From: Magnetospira sp. QH-2
Lineage (GTDB): Bacteria; Pseudomonadota; Alphaproteobacteria; Rhodospirillales; Magnetospiraceae
Length of the DNA: 24,000 bases
Direction of reading: 5' to 3'
NCBI RefSeq assembly: GCF_000968135.1
Contig: NZ_FO538765.1
Span: forward strand, 859,819-883,818
The position numbers were made by a program, and so were the translations under genes. Below, one piece after another: positions 9,027 through 17,715 of this stretch. Each line of letters starts with the position of its first letter. Position 1 is the first letter of the stretch. The notes beneath the pieces are model-generated. The model was not told where the DNA came from and ran no database searches. It saw only the letters and a program-made list of their open reading frames with translations.

Positions 9027-10886
9027 CTATTTCTTGACCTGGGTGGGATCGTCGTATCCGACATAGGGCCAGCTTTTCAGCCGCTCCCACGTCCCATCCG
9101 GGCGTCGTTCCAGAAGATGGGAAGACCGATCCGGTAGCGGGGTTCGGAAATACCTCTCAACCACCGCGTTGACCGAATGGATCCAGGCATGGCTGGGGGC
9201 GACCTTGTTCAGGTAGGGGACCATGTCCTCGTGATTATTGAACAGGTTCCAGCGCGCGACTTCGATGCCCACCGGATAAATATAGTAGCGCATCTGGAGC
9301 GGCATCTCACCCGTGCCCGTCGGGTCGATCAAGGCAATACGACTGCCGTCGGGGAGCATCTGGCGTAATTCGCCGCCCACCTCCCGGACATGTTGCTTCA
9401 CCGGGTGGCGGTCGAAGCGGACCTTGTTGACGAGGATCACGGGCAACAAGACCATCAGCGCGACAGCCAATCCGTTGGCCCAGCCTGGCAGGGCCGATCC
9501 CAGTCGCTTCTTGTAGAGCAGCGCCAGGCCATAGACGGCCGCGGCCCACATCAAACCGCCCAGATGGGTATTGTAGCGCCAATAGGAGGCAGCCCTTTCC
9601 GCTTCGCCGCCACCGAACACGGCGATGTAGGCGGTAATCAGGAACAGATTGTAGCCCAAGAAGACAAGGCCCGCGATCATGGCCAGGCTGTGAAAGGCGT
9701 CCCGGTAGCGCCAGAAGGCCTTGAAACCGAAGTAGACCATCACGAACATGCCACCGAAATAACCGACCTTTTGCGAAATGACCTTGGCCACCGACGCCAG
9801 GGTCAGAGGCAGAATATGAAACTGCCATTCATCGAAAGGCCGGACCTTCATGCTGGCAAACGCCAGGCCTTCGGTTTCCGTGTAACCTTTCCAGATCATG
9901 AATAGGGCCACGGCCGGGCCCAAAACCAGGATCATCAGGCGCAACAGCTCATGCAGACGGACCTGCGGATGCCGCCATCCCGCGATGCCAATGGCGATGG
10001 GCAGACACAAAAGGAGTGCCAGATTTCCCTGTTTGAGATTGGCCACCAGCAATAGGGCCAGGCCGCTCTGCAAGGCCAACGCGGCGGCGGTGCGGCGATT
10101 GCCTTCGGCCAGGGCCTCGATCATCAGCCATCCGAGAATACCGGCCATGGCGACCGCTGTGGTGGTGCCGACCTCGGCGTAGGCGGTAAAAACCAACTTG
10201 CGAACGAAGGTCGGGCTCAACAAGGTTGCCAACAGCAGCCCCAACCCCACAAGACCCCAACGACCGGCGACGGAACTCTTCGTATCCAGGCCCCGCTCGA
10301 TAAGACGCACCAGGGTCAGGCCGAACAGGAGGAGGGTGAGCGTATTAAAGATGGCGCCCCCGTTCTCGACGAAGAACCCGGTCAGCCGCGATGCCAAGTA
10401 GGTCACCAATGGCAGGGTATACGGGTAGGCGGGGAAACTGGCCGGATTGACCGGACGGTCGGCGGATGGCAGCCCATCCACTTCGAACAGATACTTGGCA
10501 CTCCAAAGCCACTGAGAAAACTCGTCCCATTGGGAGGGGACCATGGCGCTGACCAGCAGGATCAGAGGCAACCCGACCAGAACTAAGCGACCCAGATCCT
10601 TCGGGAAAAGCTGTCCATCCCGTCGCCAGGCCAGCCATCCAGCAACCATTGCCAAGCCGAACAGGAGGTAGGCGATCCAGCTAAAGGCCAAGGCGGGCAG
10701 ATAGATACCGCTTGTTGTGAACAACACCGTTACCACGGCCCACCCGGTCCATAAATCGGCCTCTTGGAATCGCGACCGGCCCCCAATCAGCGCGCCCATG
10801 GCCATCAACGCGGCCATGACCGCGCCCACGGCCGCCAAGCCAAGCAAGTTCTCGAAATCGGGGAGATAGGACAAGACGAGCGACAT
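9027..10886 (-). CDS. Large polytopic membrane protein, possibly a GT-C-fold glycosyltransferase-like enzyme, with a C-terminal soluble domain
   Basis: 619 aa with more than 12 predicted hydrophobic helices. An acidic DE in an early loop (SQWDEFSQW) resembles GT-C/ArnT/PMT-type enzymes. A good GGAGG SD precedes the ATG. The family assignment is not secure. Confidence 0.4.
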   Translation of the reverse strand: MSLVLSYLPDFENLLGLAAVGAVMAALMAMGALIGGRSRFQEADLWTGWAVVTVLFTTSGIYLPALAFSWIAYLLFGLAMVAGWLAWRRDGQLFPKDLGRLVLVGLPLILLVSAMVPSQWDEFSQWLWSAKYLFEVDGLPSADRPVNPASFPAYPYTLPLVTYLASRLTGFFVENGGAIFNTLTLLLFGLTLVRLIERGLDTKSSVAGRWGLVGLGLLLATLLSPTFVRKLVFTAYAEVGTTTAVAMAGILGWLMIEALAEGNRRTAAALALQSGLALLLVANLKQGNLALLLCLPIAIGIAGWRHPQVRLHELLRLMILVLGPAVALFMIWKGYTETEGLAFASMKVRPFDEWQFHILPLTLASVAKVISQKVGYFGGMFVMVYFGFKAFWRYRDAFHSLAMIAGLVFLGYNLFLITAYIAVFGGGEAERAASYWRYNTHLGGLMWAAAVYGLALLYKKRLGSALPGWANGLAVALMVLLPVILVNKVRFDRHPVKQHVREVGGELRQMLPDGSRIALIDPTGTGEMPLQMRYYIYPVGIEVARWNLFNNHEDMVPYLNKVAPSHAWIHSVNAVVERYFRTPLPDRSSHLLERRPDGTWERLKSWPYVGYDDPTQVKK

Positions 10887-10999
10887 GGTGCCTCCGGGGT
10901 GATCGCGGCGTGTTTAACATAGCTTCCACGCCTAACAAACCTTTGCCTTCGGCGTTCGCGGCATTACATTGAGCAGCAGCACATTCATGGAGAAGCCGA

Positions 11000-12499
11000 A
11001 TGAAGATCACTTTCGCCAAGCCAGCCCTGCCCGAAACCGGAACTCTGGTGGTGACCGCATTGGATGGCGGCAAACTGTCGCCCACTGCCCAGATCTTCGA
11101 CGAACGGACCGATGGGGCCCTTGGACGGGCGATCAAGACCGCGCGCTACAAAGGCAAAAAAGGCCAGGGGCTGAGCCTGTTGGCTCCGACAGGCACCGGT
11201 CTCGACCGGCTGTATGTGATCGGCTTGGGCAAGGCCAAGGACCTCAACGATCTGAAGATGCAGGATGTGGGGGGGACTCTGTATGCCTCGCTGGCCCATT
11301 GCGGGGCTTCGAGTGTCTCGGTGGCGCTGGATGATCTGGAGGACTGTGGGCTGTCCTTGGAAGATATGGCGGCCCATCTGGCATTCGGCGCGCGGTTGCG
11401 CACTTTCCGCTTCGACAAGTACCGCACCAAGGAAGAAAAAGGCGATAAGCCCAAGCTCAAGACTTTCAAGATTCACGGCGCGGCGGTGGCGGATGCCAAA
11501 GCGACCTTCGCCCCCCTGGACAAGATTGCCGACGGGGTGTTCCTGACCCGCACCCTGGCCTCGGAACCGGCCAACGTGCTGTATCCGGAAAGCTTTGCCA
11601 AGGAAGCCCAGAAGCTGAGCGACCTGGGCGTTAAGGTGAAGGTCTTGGGTGAAAAGGAGATGACTAAGCTGGGCATGGGCGCCCTGCTGGGCGTCGGCCA
11701 GGGCAGCATCCGGGAATCCAAGATGGTGACTTTGGAATGGAATGGCACCGGCGCAAAGAAATCCGGTGCGCCCATTGCCTTTGTCGGCAAGGGCGTCTGC
11801 TTCGATTCCGGCGGTATTTCCATCAAGCCTTCACCGGGCATGGAGGATATGAAATGGGACATGGGCGGCGCCGGCGTGGTGACCGGCCTGATGGCGGCAC
11901 TGGCCGGGCGCAAGGCCAAGGTCCATGCAGTAGGCGTCATCGGCTTGGTGGAAAACATGCCCTCGGGCGAGGCGCAGCGGCCCGGTGACGTGGTGACCTC
12001 CATGTCCGGTCAAACCATCGAAGTGATCAATACCGATGCCGAAGGGCGTCTGGTGCTGGCCGATGCCCTGCATTATTGCAACGAGACCTATCAGCCCAAG
12101 TTCATGATTGATCTGGCGACTCTGACCGGAGCCATCATCATCGGCCTGGGCGAGCATGTGGCGGGGACCTTCTCCAACGATGATGACCTGGCCGAGGCGG
12201 TGTCCGAAGCGGGCAAGGCGGTGGGCGAGGGGGTCTGGCGCCTGCCCATCGGCGAGGAATGGGATAAACAGATCAAGTCCGACATCGCGGACATGAGGAA
12301 TGTGGGCGGTCGCGCCGGAGGCAGCATCACCGCCGCGCAGTTCCTCAAGCGCTTCGTCGGGGATACTCCGTGGCTGCATATCGATATCGCCGGCGTGACT
12401 TGGTCGAAGAAAGACAAACCCACCGTGCCCAAAGGCGGCACCGGCTTCGGCGTGCGGCTGCTCGACCGGCTGGTGGCCGACAAGTATGAGAAGGACTGA
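11000..12499 (+). CDS. pepA: Leucyl aminopeptidase (M17 family)
   Basis: Motifs VGKGVCFDSGGISIKP and NTDAEGRLVLADAL, ~499 aa, followed by holC in the classical synteny. Confidence 0.95.
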   Translation: MKITFAKPALPETGTLVVTALDGGKLSPTAQIFDERTDGALGRAIKTARYKGKKGQGLSLLAPTGTGLDRLYVIGLGKAKDLNDLKMQDVGGTLYASLAHCGASSVSVALDDLEDCGLSLEDMAAHLAFGARLRTFRFDKYRTKEEKGDKPKLKTFKIHGAAVADAKATFAPLDKIADGVFLTRTLASEPANVLYPESFAKEAQKLSDLGVKVKVLGEKEMTKLGMGALLGVGQGSIRESKMVTLEWNGTGAKKSGAPIAFVGKGVCFDSGGISIKPSPGMEDMKWDMGGAGVVTGLMAALAGRKAKVHAVGVIGLVENMPSGEAQRPGDVVTSMSGQTIEVINTDAEGRLVLADALHYCNETYQPKFMIDLATLTGAIIIGLGEHVAGTFSNDDDLAEAVSEAGKAVGEGVWRLPIGEEWDKQIKSDIADMRNVGGRAGGSITAAQFLKRFVGDTPWLHIDIAGVTWSKKDKPTVPKGGTGFGVRLLDRLVADKYEKD

Positions 12500-12508
12500 T
12501 TCCCGCTC

Positions 12509-12958
12509 ATGGCCGAGGTCGCTTTCTACCACCTGATCGCCTGGCCGCTGGAACGGGCCTTGCCGAAATTGCTTGAGCGGACCGTGGAGTCCGGCAAGCG
12601 GGCGGTGGTAATCGCCGGGTCCGATGCCAGGGTGGAATCCCTGGATATGGTGCTCTGGACCTACGAGGCTGATTCCTGGCTGCCCCATGGCACCTCTCGC
12701 ATGGGACATCCGGCGAATCAGCCGGTATGGCTGACCATGCAGGATGAGAACCCCAACGGGGCGCAGTTTCTGTTCCTGACCGAAGGCATGACCTCGGATC
12801 GCCTGGCCGAATACGAGCGGTGTTTTGATCTGTTTGATGGCAATGATCCACAAGCCGTGCAGGCGGCGCGGGAGCGTTGGACAGCCTGCAAGGCCGCCGG
12901 TCACGATCTCGCCTATTGGCGGCAGACAGATCAAGGACGGTGGGAGCGGCAAGCCTAA
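12509..12958 (+). CDS. holC: DNA polymerase III chi subunit
   Basis: 149 aa, N-terminus MAEVAFYHL..., located immediately downstream of pepA in the conserved pepA-holC arrangement. Confidence 0.85.
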   Translation: MAEVAFYHLIAWPLERALPKLLERTVESGKRAVVIAGSDARVESLDMVLWTYEADSWLPHGTSRMGHPANQPVWLTMQDENPNGAQFLFLTEGMTSDRLAEYERCFDLFDGNDPQAVQAARERWTACKAAGHDLAYWRQTDQGRWERQA

Positions 12959-13102
12959 TCCGCGACGATCAATAACAATAATTCCACCAAGGACTTCAAA
13001 CCGATCAAATTTCGGTCTAAACTCCCGCTCGATGGGTTGTGACACGCCTGTGTGTTTGCGACCTTTCGGATTGGAATTGGACTGAGGTAGGTCAAGGACC
13101 CT

Positions 13103-13873
13103 ATGGATCTCGCAACAATTGTCGGCCTTGTCGCCGGGTTTGCACTGATTGTCGTCGCCATCTTGTTGGGCGGCGACCTGATGTCCTTTGTCAACGTCCC
13201 CAGTTTGATGATCGTGGTCGGCGGCACCATCGCCTCCGTGCTGATCCGCTATACCCTCAAGGACGTGGGCGTGGTCCTGAAGACCGCCATGGGTATCGGC
13301 TTCAATATGTCCAAGACCGATGCCCTGGACCTGGTTCAAAAGTCCCTGGAAATGGCCGAACTGGTCCGAAAAAACGGTCTGCTAGCCTTGGAAAGCCTGG
13401 AGATCGAGAACGATTTTTTCAAGCGCGGCATCCGGCTCTGCACCGATGGCCATAACCTGGACGTGATCAAGGAAACCATCGACAAGGAAGTGAACCTGAC
13501 CATCTCCCGGCAGGAAGCCGGCGAGGCCATGCTGCGCGGTATCGGTGATTCCGCTCCGGCCTTCGGCATGATCGGAACCCTGGTCGGTCTGGTGCAGATG
13601 CTGTCCAATATGGATGACCCGAAAACCATCGGCCCCGCCATGGCGATCGCCATGCTGACAACCTTCTATGGTGCCGTGCTGGCCAACGTGTTCGCCATCC
13701 CGTTGGCGGACAAGATTGCTGTCAAGAATGATCAGGACCGCAAGAATCACGAGTTGATCGTGCAAAGCATCATTCAAATTCATGGCAACCAGAGCCCCAT
13801 GGCCTTGAAGGAAATCCTCGCCGTTTACCTGCCGCTCAATAAGCGAGCCGCGCTGGCCGACGACGACGAATAG
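13103..13873 (+). CDS. motA: Flagellar stator protein A (MotA/PomA family, PomA-like)
   Basis: 256 aa. The N-terminus MDLATIVGLVAGFALIVVAILLGG closely resembles PomA. The C-terminal TM pair contains PAFGMIGTLVGLV and TTFYGAVLAN. Confidence 0.88.
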   Translation: MDLATIVGLVAGFALIVVAILLGGDLMSFVNVPSLMIVVGGTIASVLIRYTLKDVGVVLKTAMGIGFNMSKTDALDLVQKSLEMAELVRKNGLLALESLEIENDFFKRGIRLCTDGHNLDVIKETIDKEVNLTISRQEAGEAMLRGIGDSAPAFGMIGTLVGLVQMLSNMDDPKTIGPAMAIAMLTTFYGAVLANVFAIPLADKIAVKNDQDRKNHELIVQSIIQIHGNQSPMALKEILAVYLPLNKRAALADDDE

Positions 13874-13891
13874 CGGGGGATCCAGGCACCC

Positions 13892-14719
13892 ATGGCCGAC
13901 GAAAAATGTAAATGTCCTGCCGGTGCTCCTCTGTGGATGGTCACGTTCGCCGACCTTATGTCCTTGCTGCTGACCCTGTTCGTGTTGCTGCTGACCTTCG
14001 CCGAAATGGAAGTGATCAAGTACAAGGCGGTTTCCGGATCGATCCGCAATGCCTTCGGAATCGCCAAGGAAGACAAGCTCAAAGGGGTGATTGAGCTTGA
14101 GGGCTCGAAGCGCCGTAAGGCCGCCACCAACCCCGATATTACCCGCGAGAAAAACACCAGCCCCGAGGTGGTGGTCGATATCAAGGAAGCCTTCAATCGC
14201 CACCAGGAGATGGCGCAGGAAGAAAAAGAAAAGATGGAGATGAAGCAGCTTGAAGATGCCATCAAGCAGGCCATCGCCAAGGAAATTGCCGGGTCCGGCA
14301 TGACCGTGGATGTCACCGGCGACGGTGTGGTGATCCGTTTCCCGTCCGAAATCGCCTTCCCGTCGGGCAGTGGGGATCTGTCCAACCAATTCCGCGAGAC
14401 CCTGGACAAACTGGGGGGCGTGCTGGCGGCAACCGAGGGCCAGATCGTCGTTTCCGGCCATACGGATAACGTGCCCTTGGGCGGCGGTGGTCAGTATCGC
14501 ACCAACTGGGATCTGTCGGCGGCCCGCGCGGCGTCGGTGGTTCATCACTTCATCGACGACGAGCGATTCGATGGCGACCGCTTCACCATCCAGGGCTTTG
14601 GAGAAAGCCGACCCATTGCGGCCAATGAATCCATGGAAGGCCGGGCCAAGAACCGTCGCGTGGAACTGTTGGTGGTGCGCAAATCCGAAAAGACCACGCT
14701 GGCGATCCCGGGTCAGTAG
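13892..14719 (+). CDS. motB: Flagellar stator protein B (MotB/PomB family) with an OmpA-like C-terminal domain
   Basis: N-terminal plug/TM segment with the conserved Asp (WMVTFADLMSLLLTLFVLL). OmpA-like C-terminus (SGHTDNVP, NWDLSAARAASV, NRRVELLV). Central Glu/Lys-rich linker. Confidence 0.88.
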   Translation: MADEKCKCPAGAPLWMVTFADLMSLLLTLFVLLLTFAEMEVIKYKAVSGSIRNAFGIAKEDKLKGVIELEGSKRRKAATNPDITREKNTSPEVVVDIKEAFNRHQEMAQEEKEKMEMKQLEDAIKQAIAKEIAGSGMTVDVTGDGVVIRFPSEIAFPSGSGDLSNQFRETLDKLGGVLAATEGQIVVSGHTDNVPLGGGGQYRTNWDLSAARAASVVHHFIDDERFDGDRFTIQGFGESRPIAANESMEGRAKNRRVELLVVRKSEKTTLAIPGQ

Positions 14720-15856
14720 TTACCGGTCCGCATCTTTCCGCCATAGGACGAGGATACAGACCATGCCAGCGGCCCCGGCCCCGGCCATGGCCAAATAGGC
14801 TTGCCCAGCCAGAGCGGTGTAGAGATACCCGGCGGCGAAAATGGCAACGCCGATTCCCAATCCCATGACACTGGCCGCATAGAGGCTTTGGGCCGTTGCC
14901 GATTGGGCGGCGGGAATGTGTTTGGCCAAATAGGTCATGGCGCCCAGGTGGGTGGCACCGTAGGTGAAGGCGTGGAAGGCCTGCACCACCACCAAGAGTG
15001 TCAGATCGTCCGTCAGACCCGTGACCGTCCAGCGGATCGTCGCCGCCAGCCCGCCCAGGATCATCAGCGGCACGGCCCCGAAGCGCGACAACAGTCGGGC
15101 ACCGAAAAAGAACAGGATGATTTCCGCGATGACCCCTTCCGCCCATAAGGCCCCGATCAGGCTTTCCCCATGGCCGACCGACTGCCAATGCAGGGTGCCA
15201 AACGCATAATAGACGCCGTGGCTGCCTTGAATCAGTGCCGCGCCCCCGCATAGCAGCATGAAGGGACCATTTTGCAGCAAGGTGCGCATTGGCGCATGGC
15301 CGGTTTCTGGCTTGGGGGTGCGGGTATCGGGCAGCGGCAGCGTGGTCAGCAATCCAAGGACCACGGCTCCAAAGATCAACCAATAGATCAGCGACGGGTC
15401 GCGGTTTTCCAGCACCTGTCCGGATATGACCGCAGCGGCAATGAACGCCAGGGATCCCCAGAGGCGAATTCGCCCATACTGAATGTCATTGTCATGAATG
15501 GTCAGCAGCGTAAGATTCTCGCACAGGGGCATCAAGGCCGACCAGGTGATCATGAATAATGTGCTGATGATCAGCAGGTGCCAGAATCCCCCGCCCCAGA
15601 GAAAGGCCAGGTAAATCCCGACGGAGAGAAGGGCCAGAATCCGCATCAGCTTGCGCCGTTCACCGCTGTGATCGGCGATTCCAGCGATCCAGGGACCAGT
15701 CAGGACTTTGACCAGGATACTGGATGACATCACCAAGCCGATCTCGCCGGCCGTCAGACCCTGGGACTCCAGCCACACCGGCCAGAACGGCAGGTGCATG
15801 CCGATCATGGTGAAATAGCCCACGTAGAACAGGGACAGGCGCGGATAGAGATTCAT
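14720..15856 (-). CDS. MFS transporter (MFS_1_like / HcaT-like subgroup)
   Basis: 12-TM-type hydrophobic profile. The N-terminus MNLYPRLSLFYVGYFTMIGMHLPFWPVWL is typical of this subgroup. Start taken at ATG 15856. The track ORF extension to 16093 is Pro/Arg-rich and overlaps the divergent kinase gene. Confidence 0.8.
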   Translation of the reverse strand: MNLYPRLSLFYVGYFTMIGMHLPFWPVWLESQGLTAGEIGLVMSSSILVKVLTGPWIAGIADHSGERRKLMRILALLSVGIYLAFLWGGGFWHLLIISTLFMITWSALMPLCENLTLLTIHDNDIQYGRIRLWGSLAFIAAAVISGQVLENRDPSLIYWLIFGAVVLGLLTTLPLPDTRTPKPETGHAPMRTLLQNGPFMLLCGGAALIQGSHGVYYAFGTLHWQSVGHGESLIGALWAEGVIAEIILFFFGARLLSRFGAVPLMILGGLAATIRWTVTGLTDDLTLLVVVQAFHAFTYGATHLGAMTYLAKHIPAAQSATAQSLYAASVMGLGIGVAIFAAGYLYTALAGQAYLAMAGAGAAGMVCILVLWRKDADR

Positions 15857-15945
15857 GTCTTCCCATACCCGATCTCTTCCCTTCAGGTACAGCCCGGAAA
15901 CGAATGTGCTAGATAAGCGATCGGGCAAACGGGGGAATCGGAGCG

Positions 15946-16776
15946 ATGGATCCCATATTGGTGGTTGGGTCGGTGGCCGTGGATGAGGTGGTGAGGTTAC
16001 AGGCCCCCCTGCGTATCGGTAGTCACAACGCCGGAATGGATGCGGGCGCGCGGATCGGCGGCGGCGCGGCCAATACCGCCATGGCCCTGGCACGGGCCGG
16101 AGATTCCGTGTCCGTGGTCAGTGCCGTGGGCGAGGATGAGGCGGGTGCTTTGCTGTTGGATCAGTTGGCGCGCCTGGGGGTGGATCTTGCCCTGGTCGAT
16201 CGGCATGCGGGGGAAACAACGCGCTCCTTGATCATGTTGGAGGAAGCCGGCGAGCGAACCATTGTCAATCGGGCCCGGGCTCCGGTGGCCTTGCCCGCTG
16301 ATTTGGCCTCCCGTCCGGCTTCGGCTTTCTATGTGCGTAGTGCCGATCCTTTGCTGACCGAGGTGATTCAAGAGCGCAGCAAAAGTTGCCCGGTGTTGGC
16401 TCATGTGCCGCCGATGACAGCGGACTTCCGACCGGCACAGGTGTTGGTGGCGTCGGAATCCGATCTGGACCCGGCATTTTTGCACGACCCATGGCAGGGG
16501 GGGCGTCGCATTGCCGGAGAGACCCTTGAATGGATGGTCTTGACCCGTGGCGAACGGGGGGCGGCGGCCTTTGATGGCAAACAAGTGATCGAAGTCGGCG
16601 CGCCCAATGTATCGGTAATTGACAGTACCGGCGCCGGTGATGTTTTCGCCGCCGGGCTGCTGCATGGGTTAGCGCGTGGTTATGCCATGGGCCAATGCCT
16701 GGAAACGGCAGTTTCGTGGGGCAGTGCTTCCGTGGGCTACGAAGGAACCATGCCGCCGCATACCTTTCCGGCATGA
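15946..16776 (+). CDS. PfkB-family carbohydrate/nucleoside kinase (ribokinase-like)
   Basis: N-terminus ILVVGSVAVDEV, GGGAANTAMALAR, and the C-terminal signature DSTGAGDVFAAGLLHGL. Confidence 0.85.
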   Translation: MDPILVVGSVAVDEVVRLQAPLRIGSHNAGMDAGARIGGGAANTAMALARAGDSVSVVSAVGEDEAGALLLDQLARLGVDLALVDRHAGETTRSLIMLEEAGERTIVNRARAPVALPADLASRPASAFYVRSADPLLTEVIQERSKSCPVLAHVPPMTADFRPAQVLVASESDLDPAFLHDPWQGGRRIAGETLEWMVLTRGERGAAAFDGKQVIEVGAPNVSVIDSTGAGDVFAAGLLHGLARGYAMGQCLETAVSWGSASVGYEGTMPPHTFPA

Positions 16777-16871
16777 TGGCAATAGAGTTTGAGAATCACT
16801 TTCACGGTTGAACTATACGAACTGGTAATATACAATATATCATTGCTAGTCGGTATGCTCCGAACTGGCTG

Positions 16872-17711
16872 TTGGAGTGCGTGCGTTTGCCATTCGTGGA
16901 TGTGAAGAAAATTCCCTCGACGGGCAATGAACTGATTGACGAAGGCCACCGTCATTTGGCCGAAGTCATCAATCAGGTCTATGAGGCTTGGCTGCGCAAC
17001 GACCCACATGACAAACTTTGTGATGGCATTGACGATATCACCAAGGCGTTGGAAGATCATTTTTCCACTGAAATCGCCGTGGTGCGGGCTGCCGGATTCA
17101 CCAAATGGCAGGACCATATGGTGGTCCACGACAAACTGCGGGCAAAGATCAAAAATAAGCTACAGGTGCTCAAGGAAACCTGTGACTTCAATGATGCCAG
17201 TATCGATCTGTTCGAAACTCTTGACGGCTTGATCTACGAGCATGAGATCCTAGACGATGGCGATTTCTGGGCTGTATTCGGGCCACAGGGCCAGCGTCCG
17301 AAACGTGAAACCGTGCTGACTTGGAAAGACGCCTACCAAGTCGATGTGCCGGAACTGGATCGCCAGCATCGGGCCTTATGCGAGATCCTCAATCAGATCC
17401 ATGAGGTTGCCATCTCTGAAGCCTTCGACAGGGATGGCGCCCGATCTTTGATCGAACAATTCCAGCGACAGGCTCGTCAGCATTTCATGGCCGAAGACAC
17501 TTATCTTCGCGATATGATGGGGGAAGCGGCGGAGAGCCATGCCCATGATCACGCGGATCTTTTAAGTGAATTGGAAACCCAGCTGGATGATCTGGATGAA
17601 GCCCTTGCCGGGGATTTGCCCAATTTTGTCGAAGGCTATCTGGCCCCCTGGCTGATGGATCATATGTGTGTTGGCGACCGCAAGGCGTTCGGTCTTACTC
17701 CGGCCCACTGA
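16872..17711 (+). CDS. Tandem hemerythrin-like metal-binding domain protein
   Basis: Two hemerythrin-type repeats: first LIDEGHRHL...HFSTE...HMVVHDKL; second LTWKDAYQVDVPELDRQHRAL...HFMAED...HAHDHADL. The start is uncertain (TTG 16872; alternative GTG/TTG codons at 16881-16902). Confidence 0.75.
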   Translation: MECVRLPFVDVKKIPSTGNELIDEGHRHLAEVINQVYEAWLRNDPHDKLCDGIDDITKALEDHFSTEIAVVRAAGFTKWQDHMVVHDKLRAKIKNKLQVLKETCDFNDASIDLFETLDGLIYEHEILDDGDFWAVFGPQGQRPKRETVLTWKDAYQVDVPELDRQHRALCEILNQIHEVAISEAFDRDGARSLIEQFQRQARQHFMAEDTYLRDMMGEAAESHAHDHADLLSELETQLDDLDEALAGDLPNFVEGYLAPWLMDHMCVGDRKAFGLTPAH

Positions 17712-17715
17712 ACGA

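Noticed and set aside
12959-13102. A flagellar (sigma-28 or sigma-54) promoter upstream of the stator genes.
   Set aside because: It contains a TAAA and a short accga/tcggt hairpin, but nothing matching TAAA-N15-GCCGATAA or GG-N10-GC at the proper spacing.
11831-13339. Very long minus-strand ORFs (11831-13339, 13382-14548, 5563-6660, 1417-2337, 3777-5027) overlapping pepA/holC, motAB, the radical SAM gene, rnpB and SulP.
   Set aside because: Each is antisense to, or out of frame with, a gene that has strong family motifs. The products are low-complexity and rich in His, Gly, Arg and Pro. ORF 1417-2337 runs straight through the RNase P RNA gene.
14711-14725. Abutting stop codons of convergent genes (motB TAG 14717-19 / MFS TAA 14720-22; similarly hemerythrin and ABC-F at 17711/17716) with no room for terminators.
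   Set aside because: The observation is real, but this is common in compact GC-rich genomes and no additional structure supports a regulatory role.
15857-16093. An N-terminal 79-aa extension of the MFS ORF.
   Set aside because: The extension is Pro/Arg-rich and overlaps the divergent kinase gene and its promoter region. The family-typical N-terminus begins at the internal ATG 15856.
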